DNA from: an uncultured Actinomycetes bacterium
GTDB lineage: Bacteria > Actinomycetota > Thermoleophilia > UBA2241
NCBI GenBank assembly: GCA_963709345.1
Contig: CAVPVX010000010.1
Location: 1 to 64,000, forward strand
Reading direction: 5' to 3'
DNA: 64,000 nt
Part shown: one piece after another, positions 52,936-62,840 of the stretch
Numbering within the stretch: the stretch's first letter is position 1
Layout of the letters: the number at the start of each line of letters is the position of its first letter
The notes under the pieces: generated by a model
Seen by the model: only the letters and a program-made list of their open reading frames with translations
The model's database searches: none
What the model was told of the DNA's origin: nothing
Translations under genes and position numbers: made by a program

Positions 52936-54093
52936 ATGGCTCCTTACGAGCACGCGGGCGTCCCGCGCATCGTCGCGGGCGCGGGCGCCCTGGAGAGGCT
53001 GCCCGGCACTCTGGCAGGGCGGACCGTCGATGCGGTCGTCCTGGTGTCGGACCACGGGCTGGAGCAGGCCGGCCTCGTCGACCGCGTCGTCTCCCTGCTT
53101 GGTGACGCCGCCGATGTCCACACGTATCTCGCGTCTTCCGGCGAGCCGGAGGCCGCCGACGTGGAAGCAGCGGCGGCTCTGGTGCGCGAGTGGCCGGGCG
53201 CGACGGTCATCGGCCTGGGGGGAGGCACGGCGATGGACATCGCCAAGCTCGCCGCCGCCACGGCTCCCGCCGGCGAGCCCGTCGACCACTACTTCCTGCG
53301 CCCCGACGCGTTCACCGGCAAGGCGCCGTCCGTCCTCATCCCGACCACTTCCGGCACCGGGTCGGAGGTGACGCGCACGGCGATCTGCAACGACGCGGAG
53401 GGGCACAAGCTCTGGTGTTGGGGCGAGAAGCTGCTGCCGGAGCTCGTCGTCCTGGACCCGACGCTCACGAAGTCGCTCCCTGCGACCCTGACCGTGACGA
53501 CCGGCGTCGACGCCTTGGCGCATGCGATCGAGGCGGTGACCGGGCGGCGGCGTAACGCGTTCGCCACCGCGCACGGGTTGCATGCAGTCCGCCTCGTCGC
53601 CCGGCACTTGCGGATGGCGATCGCCGCTCCCGGCCACGTCGAGACGCGGCAGCGCATGCAGGAGGCCGCCTGCCTCGCCGGTCTCGCGCGGGAGAACGGA
53701 GGCACCGGGATCGCCCACACGCTCGGGCACGCGCTTGGATCGGCATACGGCGTTCCTCACGGTGTCGCCGTGGCGGCGGCGCTCGGCGCGGTGCTGCCCT
53801 GGAATATCATCGGCGACCAGGACCTCTTCCATCCGGTCGCCGAGGCCTTCGCGCCGTCGGCGCGGGCCGCCGACCTGCCGGCGCTGTACGACAAGCTCCT
53901 GGCCGACGCGGGGTTCGCGGCCGCGCTCGAGCCGTACCGGCAGACGCGCGTGGACGCCGGCGTGCTCGCCGAGGCATGTCACCTCCCCGAGAACGCGCCC
54001 ACGCTGCGTAACAACGCTCGCGCCGCCAACGACGTCGACGTCAAGTCACTCTGCATCACGCTCGAGCTCGCTTGGAACGCCGCTGCGGTCTGA
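52936..54093 (+). CDS. Iron-containing alcohol dehydrogenase family
   Basis: GLGGGT.MD.AK, PTTSGTGSEVT, DALAHAIEA, HTLGH, HG. Confidence 0.9.
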   Translation: MAPYEHAGVPRIVAGAGALERLPGTLAGRTVDAVVLVSDHGLEQAGLVDRVVSLLGDAADVHTYLASSGEPEAADVEAAAALVREWPGATVIGLGGGTAMDIAKLAAATAPAGEPVDHYFLRPDAFTGKAPSVLIPTTSGTGSEVTRTAICNDAEGHKLWCWGEKLLPELVVLDPTLTKSLPATLTVTTGVDALAHAIEAVTGRRRNAFATAHGLHAVRLVARHLRMAIAAPGHVETRQRMQEAACLAGLARENGGTGIAHTLGHALGSAYGVPHGVAVAAALGAVLPWNIIGDQDLFHPVAEAFAPSARAADLPALYDKLLADAGFAAALEPYRQTRVDAGVLAEACHLPENAPTLRNNARAANDVDVKSLCITLELAWNAAAV

Positions 54094-54251
54094 GCGCTTC
54101 CGGCGGCGCTCCCATCTCTGCGCCATCCGGTCGGGTTCGGTCGAGTACGGACACAATGGATAGTTTTTCCAGCTCTCAGCGGTAGATTGTTCTCTCTTCG
54201 TCTTGACTCGACGAACATTTCGCTGAATACTGCGGTGGTTGTCAGCACTCG

Positions 54252-54728
54252 GTGGAGGTGGCTGTGGACGCTCTCGATCGCGATGTTCTTCTGGCCCTCC
54301 AGGCCGACGGACGCAAGTCGAATCTCGCCCTGGCGCGCGCGCTAGACCTCTCGCCGTCGGCGATGCTCGGCAGGGTGCGGCGCCTCGAGCGCAGCGGCGC
54401 CATCCGCGGGTACCGCGCCATCATCGACCCGTCCGCGCTGGGCATCACCGTCCGCGCCATGGTGGTGGCCCGCCTGCGCGAGCATAGCGAGCGCTCCATC
54501 AGGGAGTTCGAGAAGGGCATTCAGAGCGTGCCCGGCGTACGCGCCTGCTACCACGTCACCGGGCAGTACGACATGGTCCTGGAGCTGGCCCTCCGCGATC
54601 TTGACCACCTCGGCCAGCTCATCCGCGTCGACATCGCCCGCATCCCCGGCGTCGTGAACCTCGAGACCATGCTGATCATGGCCGAGCCGGTCGCCGACGA
54701 AGGTTGGCCCGTCATCCCAGAAGAGTAG
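54252..54728 (+). CDS. Lrp/AsnC family regulator
   Basis: LDRDVLLALQADGR, RVRRLE..GAIRGY, CYHVTGQYD. Confidence 0.92.
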   Translation: MEVAVDALDRDVLLALQADGRKSNLALARALDLSPSAMLGRVRRLERSGAIRGYRAIIDPSALGITVRAMVVARLREHSERSIREFEKGIQSVPGVRACYHVTGQYDMVLELALRDLDHLGQLIRVDIARIPGVVNLETMLIMAEPVADEGWPVIPEE

Positions 54729-54776
54729 TCCGCGGCAGCAGCGCCGCGCCGACTCCCCGCACAGGAGGTCCCCCGT

Positions 54777-55626
54777 ATGTCAGCAAAGAAGGGTCTTTTC
54801 GACCTGCACGAGATGAAACGCGCCGGCGAGAAGATCGCCTGGCTCACCGCCTATGACTACCCGACCGCCAGCTTCGAGGAGGCCGCCGGCGTCGACATGA
54901 TTCTGGTCGGCGACTCGCTCGGCATGTGCGTCTACGGCTACCAGGGCACGGTGCCGGTCACCATGGACCAGTGCATCGTGCACAGCGAGGCGGTGCGCCG
55001 CGGCGCGCCCAGCACTTTCGTCATCGGCGACATGCCGCTGGGCAGCTACCAGGCGTCCGACGAGGATGCGGTGACGAACGCCATCCGCTTCCTCAAGGAG
55101 GCGAACGTCGACGCGATCAAGCTCGAGGGCGGCGTGCGCACCGTGAGCCGCGTCAGGGCGATCCTCGACGCCGGGGTCGCCGTCTGCGGCCACATCGGCC
55201 TCACGCCGCAGAGCTCCGGACAACTCGGCGGCCACAAGGCCCAGGGCCGCACGCTCGAGTCCGCCAAGCTGGTGGTCGAGGACGCCCGCGCCCTCTACGA
55301 GGCGGGCGTCCAGCTGCTGCTCGTCGAGGCCGTGCCACCCGAGGTCGCCGGCTTCATCCGCGACGAGCTGCCGATCCCGGTGCTCGGCATCGGCGCCGGC
55401 GAGGATGTCGACGGCCAACTGCTCATCGTCACCGACGTGCTCGGCACCTTCGCGGCCTTCACGCCCAAGTTCGTGAAGAAGTACGCCGACCTCGCCGGCG
55501 TCTCGACCGCCGCGCTCACCGAGTACGTCAAGGACGTGCGCGGCGGCGCCTTCCCCGAGGAGCAGCACTGCTACCGCATGCTCGAGGGCGAGAACGAGAA
55601 GTTCGCGGAGTACACCGAAGGAATGA
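54777..55626 (+). CDS. panB: Ketopantoate hydroxymethyltransferase PanB family (stop obscured by an indel)
   Basis: LTAYDY, LVGDSLG, DMP, KLEGG, HIGLTPQ, GIGAG, DGQ, PKFVK; end inferred from the overlapping ATGA at 55623-55626. Confidence 0.85.
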
Positions 55627-56851
55627 CTTCACGCGCCGCGACAGACGACGTTCACCGCGGCGCAGCGTATCGCGCAGCTCGGCACCGAGACGGTCTTCGC
55701 CGTCTCGGCCGAGGCTGCGGCGCTCGCCGCTCAAGGCAAGACGGTCTACCCGTTCCACCTCGGAGATCTCAATCTCCCGACGCCGGAGAACGTCGTCGAG
55801 GCGTCGTTCCGGGCGATCCGGGACGGCAGGACGACCTACTGCCCCAACGCCGGCATCCCGCAGCTGCGGGATGCTCTGGCCGACGACGTGAGCCGCGCCC
55901 GCGGCCTCGACTACACGGCGGAGAACGTCTCCGTGCAGCCGGGCGGCAAGCCGGTGATCGCCAAGTTCCTCCTGACGCTCATGGACCCGGGCGACGAGGT
56001 GCTCTACCCGAACCCCGGGTTCCCGATCTACAGCTCGCTGATCGACTTCTTCGGCGGCGTGGCCGTGCCGTACACGTACACCGAGGGCAGCGACCGCTTC
56101 CACCTCGACCTCGAGGGTATCGAGCGACGCATCACCCCGCGCACGCGCCTCCTGATCCTCAACGACCTGCACAATCCCACGGCCGCCGAGTGCACGCCGG
56201 CGGAGCTCGAGAGGCTCGCTGAACTCGTCGTCGAGCACAACCTGCTCGTCCTCAGCGACGAGGCGTACTTCGATGTGCGCTTCACGGGCCGGAGCCGCTC
56301 GCTGGTCTCCCTGCCCGGCATGCGCGAGCGCTGTGTCATCCTCTACACGTTCTCCAAGAAGTACGCGATGACGGGGTGGCGACTCGGTGCTGCGATCGGG
56401 CCCAAGCCGATCATCGACATCATCACGAAGCTCAACGTCAACATCGAGTCGTGCCCCAATCACTTCGTTCAGTACGGCGCTGTGGCGGCGCTCACCGGCG
56501 ACCAGAGCGGTCCCCGCGAGATGATGGTGACGCTCAAGGGCCGCCGCGACGCCGCCCTCGAGGTCCTGAACGCGACGCCCGGAATCCGCTGCCTGACGCC
56601 GGAGACGACGTTCTACCTGTACCCCAACGTCACCGGCGCCCTCGAGCTGACGGGCTGCGCCTGATCACGAGAGCTTCCGCCGCCTCGTCCTCGAGCACAC
56701 CGGCGTGTCGTTCTGCACGCGCCTGCACTTCGGCCACGCGCTCGACGGCGAGGACCAGTACTATCTGAGGCTCGCTTACTCGGGCCTCGACACCGCGCAG
56801 ATCCAGGAGGGCCTCGGCAAGCTCAAGGCCTTCGTCGAGAGTCACACATGA
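55623..56851 (+). CDS. PLP-dependent aminotransferase class I/II, frameshifted at both ends
   Basis: GGKP, PGFPIY, NPT, SDEAY, FSKKYAMTGWRLG, LRLAYS. Confidence 0.85.
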
Positions 56852-56871
56852 TCCTCTGAGGAGATGAGACG

Positions 56872-58326
56872 ATGAACGACCTGCCCACCTCTGTGCTGAA
56901 CAGCCGTCTGACGCTCCTCTCGGAGGAGAAGTGCCAGATGATCTACGACGCCGCCCTCACGATCATCGCCGACATCGGCATGACCGTGCCGCACGCCGAA
57001 GCACGCGAGATGCTCGTGAAGGGCGCGGGAGCCACCGTCGAGGGCGACGACCTCGTCAGGATCCCGCGTGAGGCCGTGGACAGGGCGCGCGAGACCGTGC
57101 CGTCCATGATCCCGGTCTACGACCGGGGCGGCGAGCTCGCGATGCAGCTCGGCGGCCACAACTCGTACTTCGGCACGGGCTCGGACCTCATGAGCATCTA
57201 CGACTTCGAGACTCGCGAGCGCCGCCAGAGCGTGCTCGCCGACACGGCGCGCATGGCGCACCTGTGCGACGGCCTCCCCAACATCGACTTCATCATGTCG
57301 GCCGCTCACCCGCACGACATCGACGCGTACGCCTCCTACCTCGAGTGCTACCGCGCCATGGTGAGCAACACGACCAAGCCGATGGTCATGACCGCCGCCG
57401 GCAAGGACGACATCGAGGTCATGTGGAGGATCGCCTGCGAGTTCCGCGGCGGCGCGGAGGAGCTGCGCGAGAAGCCATACTTCATCCAGTACGGCGAGCC
57501 CGTCAGCCCGCTGCAGCACGCGCCAGAGGTCCTGGACAAGCTGCTCTTCTGCGCCGACTGGGGCATCCCGCTGATCTACTCCCCGGCGCCGATCGCCGGC
57601 GCCACGGCGCCGATCACCCACGCCGGCCACATCGTTCAGGCAGTCGCCGAGTCGCTCTTCGGCGTCGTCATCCACCAGCTGCGCCGTCCCGGCTCGCCGC
57701 TGCTCACCGGCATGGGCCCGGTCAAGCTCGACATGAACACCGTGCAGGCTCTCTACAACTCGGCCGAGTACTACACGACGTATCTCGGCATCACCGAGAT
57801 GGCCAAGTGGATGGATATCCCCAACTGGGGCTACGCCGGCACCAGCGACTCGCAGTGTGTCGACGCCAACGCCGGCATCGACATCACCGAGCTCACCTTG
57901 CTCTCCATGCAGGCCGGCTCCAACCTCAACCACGACATCGGCTACCTCGACTTCGGTCTCACCGGCGCCGGCGAGCTCGTCGTGCTCACGGACGAGGTCA
58001 TCTCGATGAACCGGCGCGCGCTCGAGGGCATCGAGGTCACCGAGGAGACGCTGGCGCTCGACGCCATCGCCGCGGTGGGTCAGGGCGGCGACTTCCTCGG
58101 CCAGAAGCACACCAAGCGGCACGTGCGCCAGCTGCAGTGGCGGCCGACCGTCCTCAATCGCAGCACCCGGAAGAACTGGGAGGCCGAAGGCTCGCTCGAC
58201 GCCACCGAGAAGGCGCATCGCAAGCTCGTGGACATCATGACCAACCACAAGCCCGAACCGCTTGGCGCCGAGATGAAGGCCAAGGTCGACGCGATGGTCG
58301 ACGCCTTCGTAGCGGCCGGCAAGTGA
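56872..58326 (+). CDS. MttB-superfamily methyltransferase #7
   Basis: Intact 484 aa ORF; YFGTGSD, NTTKP, EPVSPL, NLNHDIGYLDFG; same subgroup as #3 and #4. Confidence 0.93.
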   Translation: MNDLPTSVLNSRLTLLSEEKCQMIYDAALTIIADIGMTVPHAEAREMLVKGAGATVEGDDLVRIPREAVDRARETVPSMIPVYDRGGELAMQLGGHNSYFGTGSDLMSIYDFETRERRQSVLADTARMAHLCDGLPNIDFIMSAAHPHDIDAYASYLECYRAMVSNTTKPMVMTAAGKDDIEVMWRIACEFRGGAEELREKPYFIQYGEPVSPLQHAPEVLDKLLFCADWGIPLIYSPAPIAGATAPITHAGHIVQAVAESLFGVVIHQLRRPGSPLLTGMGPVKLDMNTVQALYNSAEYYTTYLGITEMAKWMDIPNWGYAGTSDSQCVDANAGIDITELTLLSMQAGSNLNHDIGYLDFGLTGAGELVVLTDEVISMNRRALEGIEVTEETLALDAIAAVGQGGDFLGQKHTKRHVRQLQWRPTVLNRSTRKNWEAEGSLDATEKAHRKLVDIMTNHKPEPLGAEMKAKVDAMVDAFVAAGK

Positions 58327-58381
58327 ACCGGACCGAGACGTTCGCGCCCGCGGCGACCAAGCGTCGTAAGGAGGATCCCCA

Positions 58382-59032
58382 GTGTCCGAAGAGCTCTACG
58401 CACAGATGAAGCAGACCGTGATCGACGGCGAGGCCGAGGACGCCGAGCGGCTCGCCCAGGAGGGCCTCGACGCCGGCCTGCCCGCCGCCGACATCCTCGA
58501 CCAGGGCTTCGTCAAGGGCATCGAGGAGGTCGGCGACCTCTTCGGCCGCGGCGAGTTCTTCCTCCCCGAGCTCGTCCAGGGCGCCGAGGCGATGAAGGCC
58601 GCCGTGGCCGTCCTGCAGCCCGCCCTCGACGCCTCCGGTGGCGGCCGTAAGGCGCTCGGCAAGGCCGTCGCCGGCACCGTCGCCGGCGACATCCACGAGA
58701 TCGGCAAGACGATCGTCTGTTCCATGCTCTCCGCCGCCGGCTTCACCGTCACCGACGTCGGCTGCGACGTACCGGTCGAGGACTTCGTTGCCGCGGTCAA
58801 GGACTCCGGCGCCGACCTGCTCCTGCTCTCCGCCCTGCTGACCACGACGATGCCCAACCAGCAGAAGACGATCGAGGCGCTCAAGGAGGCCGGCCTGCGG
58901 GACTCGGTCAAGGTGATGATCGGCGGCGCCCCGACGACCCGCGCCTGGGCCGACGAGATCGGCGCCGACGGCTACGCCGAGGACGCGATCGAGGCCGTGG
59001 CCACCGCCAAGACGATCCTCGGGGTCGGCTGA
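58382..59032 (+). CDS. Methyltransferase corrinoid protein (MttC/MtbC-like)
   Basis: FFLPEL, GDIHEIGK, SALLTTTM, MIGGAP, IGADGYAEDA. Confidence 0.93.
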   Translation: MSEELYAQMKQTVIDGEAEDAERLAQEGLDAGLPAADILDQGFVKGIEEVGDLFGRGEFFLPELVQGAEAMKAAVAVLQPALDASGGGRKALGKAVAGTVAGDIHEIGKTIVCSMLSAAGFTVTDVGCDVPVEDFVAAVKDSGADLLLLSALLTTTMPNQQKTIEALKEAGLRDSVKVMIGGAPTTRAWADEIGADGYAEDAIEAVATAKTILGVG

Positions 59033-59318
59033 GGGCGGGATCACGCAGACCGGATGTACCTCGGCGGGGCGACGGCCGTCTTCCCCCTCCCGTCACTCGC
59101 CGTCATGCCGCGGTCATCTGCGGTGAGCTCCGGCCGGGCAGCTCCGTCTGCCCGGCCGGAGCGACGATGCTTGGCGCCGTGGTCGAAGGCGCCGCCGCGT
59201 GGGCCCGCCGCCGGCCCGACCGCGGAGTGCTTGCGCCGGGCAGGGGCCGGTGTACTGTCGGCAGGACTGTCGTGCGCGCCCCGGCCGGGGCGTGTGAACG
59301 CACCCTGGGAGGCGTGAG

Positions 59319-60296
59319 GTGGACCTTACCTATCTGAGCCGGAAGGATGTCGAGGGCCTCGGGGTGTCCATGAAGGAAGTCCTCGACGCGCTCGACCGCG
59401 GCTTTGCCGCGAAAGGCCGGGGGAACGTCGAGATGCCGCCCAAGCCCGGTATCCACCCGCGGCCCGACTGCTTCATCCACGCCATGCCGGCGTACGTCCG
59501 GGAACTGGATGTCGCCGGCGTCAAGTGGGTCTCCGGCTACCCGCCCAACACCGCCAAGGACCTGCCTTACATCAACGGTCTGCTGGTGCTGAACGATTGC
59601 GAGACCGGCGTGCCGCTGGCCGTCATGGACTGTGTCTGGATCACCGCCATGCGTACCGGCGCGAGCGTCGGGATCTCTGCCAGATACCTGGCGCGGGCCG
59701 GCAGCGCGACGGCTGCAGTCGTCGGGTGCGGCGTCCAGGCGCGCACCAGCCTCATGGCGCTGGTCGAGGAGCTGCCGGCGCTCGCCGAAATTCGCTGCTA
59801 TGACCTCGCGCCGCAGGCGGCGCAGCGATTCATCGCCGACATGTCGGCGCGCTTCCCGGCGCTCCGCTTCGTCTCCTGCCGTTCGGCGCCCGAGGCCGTG
59901 CGCCCGGCCGACGTCACGGTCACGGCGATCCCCATCGTCGTCGATCCCAGCCCCGACCTCGACGCCGGCACTCTCAAAGAGGGCGGTCTGGCCGTCGCGC
60001 TCGACTACGACTCGGCCTGGAGCAGCGCAGCGATGCGGGAGTGCGACAGGTTCTGTTCGGACGACACCGGCCAGCTTCTGGCTACCAGGGAGCACGGCGT
60101 GCACTTCGGTGGCACCCCCGCGGTCTTCAGCGCCGATCTCGGCGAACTCGCCGCGGGTCTCAAGCCGGGACGCGAGAGCGACGCCGAGCGCATCTTCTCG
60201 ATGAACATGGGCATCGCCGTCCACGACGTCGTGACGGCTGCGTTGGTGTACAAGCGGGCTCTGGAGCGTGAGGCGGGCGCTTGCCTCCAACTCTGA
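59319..60296 (+). CDS. Ornithine cyclodeaminase / mu-crystallin family #2
   Basis: HAMPAY, GVKWVSGYP, TAMRTGA, GCGVQA, GIAVHD. Confidence 0.88.
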   Translation: MDLTYLSRKDVEGLGVSMKEVLDALDRGFAAKGRGNVEMPPKPGIHPRPDCFIHAMPAYVRELDVAGVKWVSGYPPNTAKDLPYINGLLVLNDCETGVPLAVMDCVWITAMRTGASVGISARYLARAGSATAAVVGCGVQARTSLMALVEELPALAEIRCYDLAPQAAQRFIADMSARFPALRFVSCRSAPEAVRPADVTVTAIPIVVDPSPDLDAGTLKEGGLAVALDYDSAWSSAAMRECDRFCSDDTGQLLATREHGVHFGGTPAVFSADLGELAAGLKPGRESDAERIFSMNMGIAVHDVVTAALVYKRALEREAGACLQL

Positions 60297-60437
60297 TGCG
60301 GCCGGCGGGCGCTTGCAGAGCGACGGTCGCGTCGAGACGCACGAGGTCTGTTCGGTGCGCGAGCGTGGAGAGGCGACGGTGAAAGGGCGTGCACTCCCCC
60401 GGGCCGAGCTGCAGGCGAACGAGAGCGAGGAGGCGTC

Positions 60438-61832
60438 GTGACGAGACCGTCACTGGATGAACAGGGATGTGCGCGGGTCCACACCGCAGCGGTGCGGCTT
60501 CTGGAGACGGTCGGCTGCGACGTTCTTGATCCCGAAGCGCTGGCGTTGCTGGCTGCGCACGGAGCCACCGTCGACGGCGCGCGTGCCCGCTTCGGTGAGG
60601 ACCTCGTCGCGAAGGCTCGAGCCACGGCGCCGTCCGGGTACACCCTCGCCGGTCGCCGGCCCGAGCTCGACCTGCGCATCGCGCTCGACGCTCCGCCTGT
60701 ACTGGCGAGCGCGTCGGGACCGCCGTTCGTGCTGAGCGGCGACGAGTGCCGTCCGGGGACGTTCGCGGACCTGCGGACGGCCGTGGCGCTCGCCCACCTT
60801 TCGCCAAACATCGCCGTGCTTGGCTACAGCGTGGAGCCGAACGACGTGCCCGAGGATCGGCGTGCGCGGCTGATCTCGCATGCGCACGTGACGGGCAGCG
60901 ACAAGATCAGCCGTTTCACCGTCACGACCTTGGACGAGCTGCGGGTCGCGATGGACGTGCTCGAGATACTCTACGGCGCGCAGTGGCACGAGCGTCCGCG
61001 CCTCTGGACCGTCATCAATACGACCTCCCCCTTGCAGTTCTCGGCTGCGGGCGCGCAGGTGCTGCTGCGTCTGGCTCGGCTCGGCCAGCCGGTGCTGGTC
61101 GCGGTCTGCGCCATGGGCGGCACCACGGCTCCCATCACCTTGGCCGGCCTCCTCACCGTCCAACACGCGGAGCTTCTCGTGGGGCTCGTCCTCTCGCAGC
61201 TCGCCCGCCCGGGGTGCCCCTTCCTCTACGGGGGCACCTCGTCTGTCTCTTCGATGCAGACGGGCGCCCTGATGATCGGCGCTCCGGAGTACTGGTCGCT
61301 GATGGAAGCGACCGTGCAGCTCGGCCACTGGCTGGGCGCGCCGGTGCGCGCCGGCGGGTCCATCACCGACTCGCACCTCCCCGATGCGCAGGCCGGCATC
61401 GAGTCGGCGCTGGCTGCGGACGCCGTCCTTCGCATGGACGTACAGTGCGTGCTGCACGCCGCCGGCATCCTCTCGTCGTTCAACTGCTACTCGCCCGTCA
61501 AGTTCGCGATCGACGACGAGGTGCTCACGGCGCTTCGCATCGCCAGGCGGCCCGTCGTCATCGACGACGAGACCCTGGCGCTCGACGTGATCGCCGCCGC
61601 CGGACCGGGCGGCACCGTGCTGGGCCAGGCTCACACCCGCCGCCATGCCCGCGAGGCCGCCAGAAGCACCATCATGAATCGCGCTCCCTACGAGACGTGG
61701 CGCGGCCTCGGCGGCCGGGACCTGGCCACGGTGGCCGCGGAGCGCGTGGCCGCGCAGCTCGAGCAGTACGAGCCTCCCGACGACCTCGACCCGGTGATGC
61801 GCCGGCAGCTCGACGCGTACTGCCTGGAGTAG
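60438..61832 (+). CDS. MttB-superfamily methyltransferase #8
   Basis: NTTSPL, APITLAG, QHAELL, GAPE, DAQAG.ES, HAAGILSSF; C-terminus PPDDLDP..RRQLDAYCL shared with #5. Confidence 0.9.
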   Translation: MTRPSLDEQGCARVHTAAVRLLETVGCDVLDPEALALLAAHGATVDGARARFGEDLVAKARATAPSGYTLAGRRPELDLRIALDAPPVLASASGPPFVLSGDECRPGTFADLRTAVALAHLSPNIAVLGYSVEPNDVPEDRRARLISHAHVTGSDKISRFTVTTLDELRVAMDVLEILYGAQWHERPRLWTVINTTSPLQFSAAGAQVLLRLARLGQPVLVAVCAMGGTTAPITLAGLLTVQHAELLVGLVLSQLARPGCPFLYGGTSSVSSMQTGALMIGAPEYWSLMEATVQLGHWLGAPVRAGGSITDSHLPDAQAGIESALAADAVLRMDVQCVLHAAGILSSFNCYSPVKFAIDDEVLTALRIARRPVVIDDETLALDVIAAAGPGGTVLGQAHTRRHAREAARSTIMNRAPYETWRGLGGRDLATVAAERVAAQLEQYEPPDDLDPVMRRQLDAYCLE

Positions 61833-61895
61833 GCCCCGCTCGGACGGCGAGCTTCTCCAGCGGCTCGGGTTGCGCGCCGCACGGCGCGCCGAGGG

Positions 61896-62600
61896 CTACC
61901 GGCCGGCCGACCCGTTTCGGGACCATTCTTCCAGCGAGCCCGTGAGCGAGTTCTCGAGCAGCCGGGTGAGGGCCCGATAGGGCTTGGCGAGGTCCAGCTG
62001 CGGGTCGATCGCGGCCTGGATGGCGAGACCATCGATGACGGCGCTCATCAGCTGGGCGAGACCGAGGAGGTCGGGGTCCGCCAGCGCTTCGGCGCCGTCG
62101 TCCGCACCGAGCCAGTTCAGCTTCAGGCTCCAGTACCACTGATAGAGCAGCGCGAGGCGGCAGCGAAGCATCTCGTCGCGCAGGACATGGGGCAGGAGTT
62201 CGAAGAAGACCTGGAAGTCCTCGGCGGCGGTGTCCATGCGCATCATCTCCTCGACCAGGCGCCGGGTGCGCTGGCCGGGCTCGACGTTCTTCATACTGTC
62301 GAGCGACACCAGATACTCGTCGTGGATCACGGAGTCGAGGACGGCGGCGATGAGGCCGGCCTTGTTCTCAAAGTAGTAGGAGACCATGGCCTTGTTCTCG
62401 CCGGCGCGGTCGCTCACGGCCTTGAGCGTGAGAGCCTTGAAGCCCTCGTCGGCGACGATCTCCTTGGCCGCGACGAGCAGCTTGCGCGCGGTCGCGGGGA
62501 GCGACGAGAGCGGATCCTCGAAGGTGAACTTCAGACGCGTTCGCGTGGCGTGCGCGCCGGCTGCCTCATGCTTGTTGAATCCTGACTGCCGGGTCTCCAT
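61896..62600 (-). CDS. TetR/AcrR family regulator
   Basis: AAKEIVADEGF..LTLKAVS..AG.NKAMVSYYF.NK HTH. Confidence 0.9.
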   Translation of the reverse strand: METRQSGFNKHEAAGAHATRTRLKFTFEDPLSSLPATARKLLVAAKEIVADEGFKALTLKAVSDRAGENKAMVSYYFENKAGLIAAVLDSVIHDEYLVSLDSMKNVEPGQRTRRLVEEMMRMDTAAEDFQVFFELLPHVLRDEMLRCRLALLYQWYWSLKLNWLGADDGAEALADPDLLGLAQLMSAVIDGLAIQAAIDPQLDLAKPYRALTRLLENSLTGSLEEWSRNGSAGR

Positions 62601-62649
62601 GTGTTCCCCCCGCCTTTCCACACGAGCGACGCACGCTCGGTACCTGCGC

Positions 62650-62704
62650 TTGACATCACTCGCAGGCCGATGTGCAATTGGGGACTAATTGATCGGTCGA
62701 TTAG
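62650..62704 (+). promoter_or_regulatory. TTGACA promoter plus candidate TetR operator
   Basis: TTGACA at 62650; imperfect palindrome CTAATTGATCGGTCGATTAG at 62685-62704 between divergent tetR and aor. Confidence 0.6.
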
Positions 62705-62840
62705 CCCTCGGCCGTCATCCTATCAGACGGGGGCGTGACGCGAGAGACGAGCGTGCCGAGCCGCAGTGCCGGTGACGCTCGATCGTCGGTGACGAGTCCG
62801 CTCACCGGGACGCGTCGCCCGTCGACAGCTGAGGAGACAG

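Noticed and set aside
54777-56222. 481-aa PanB fusion protein in the ORF track
   Set aside because: The C-terminal part is an out-of-frame read of the aminotransferase caused by an indel near 55617.
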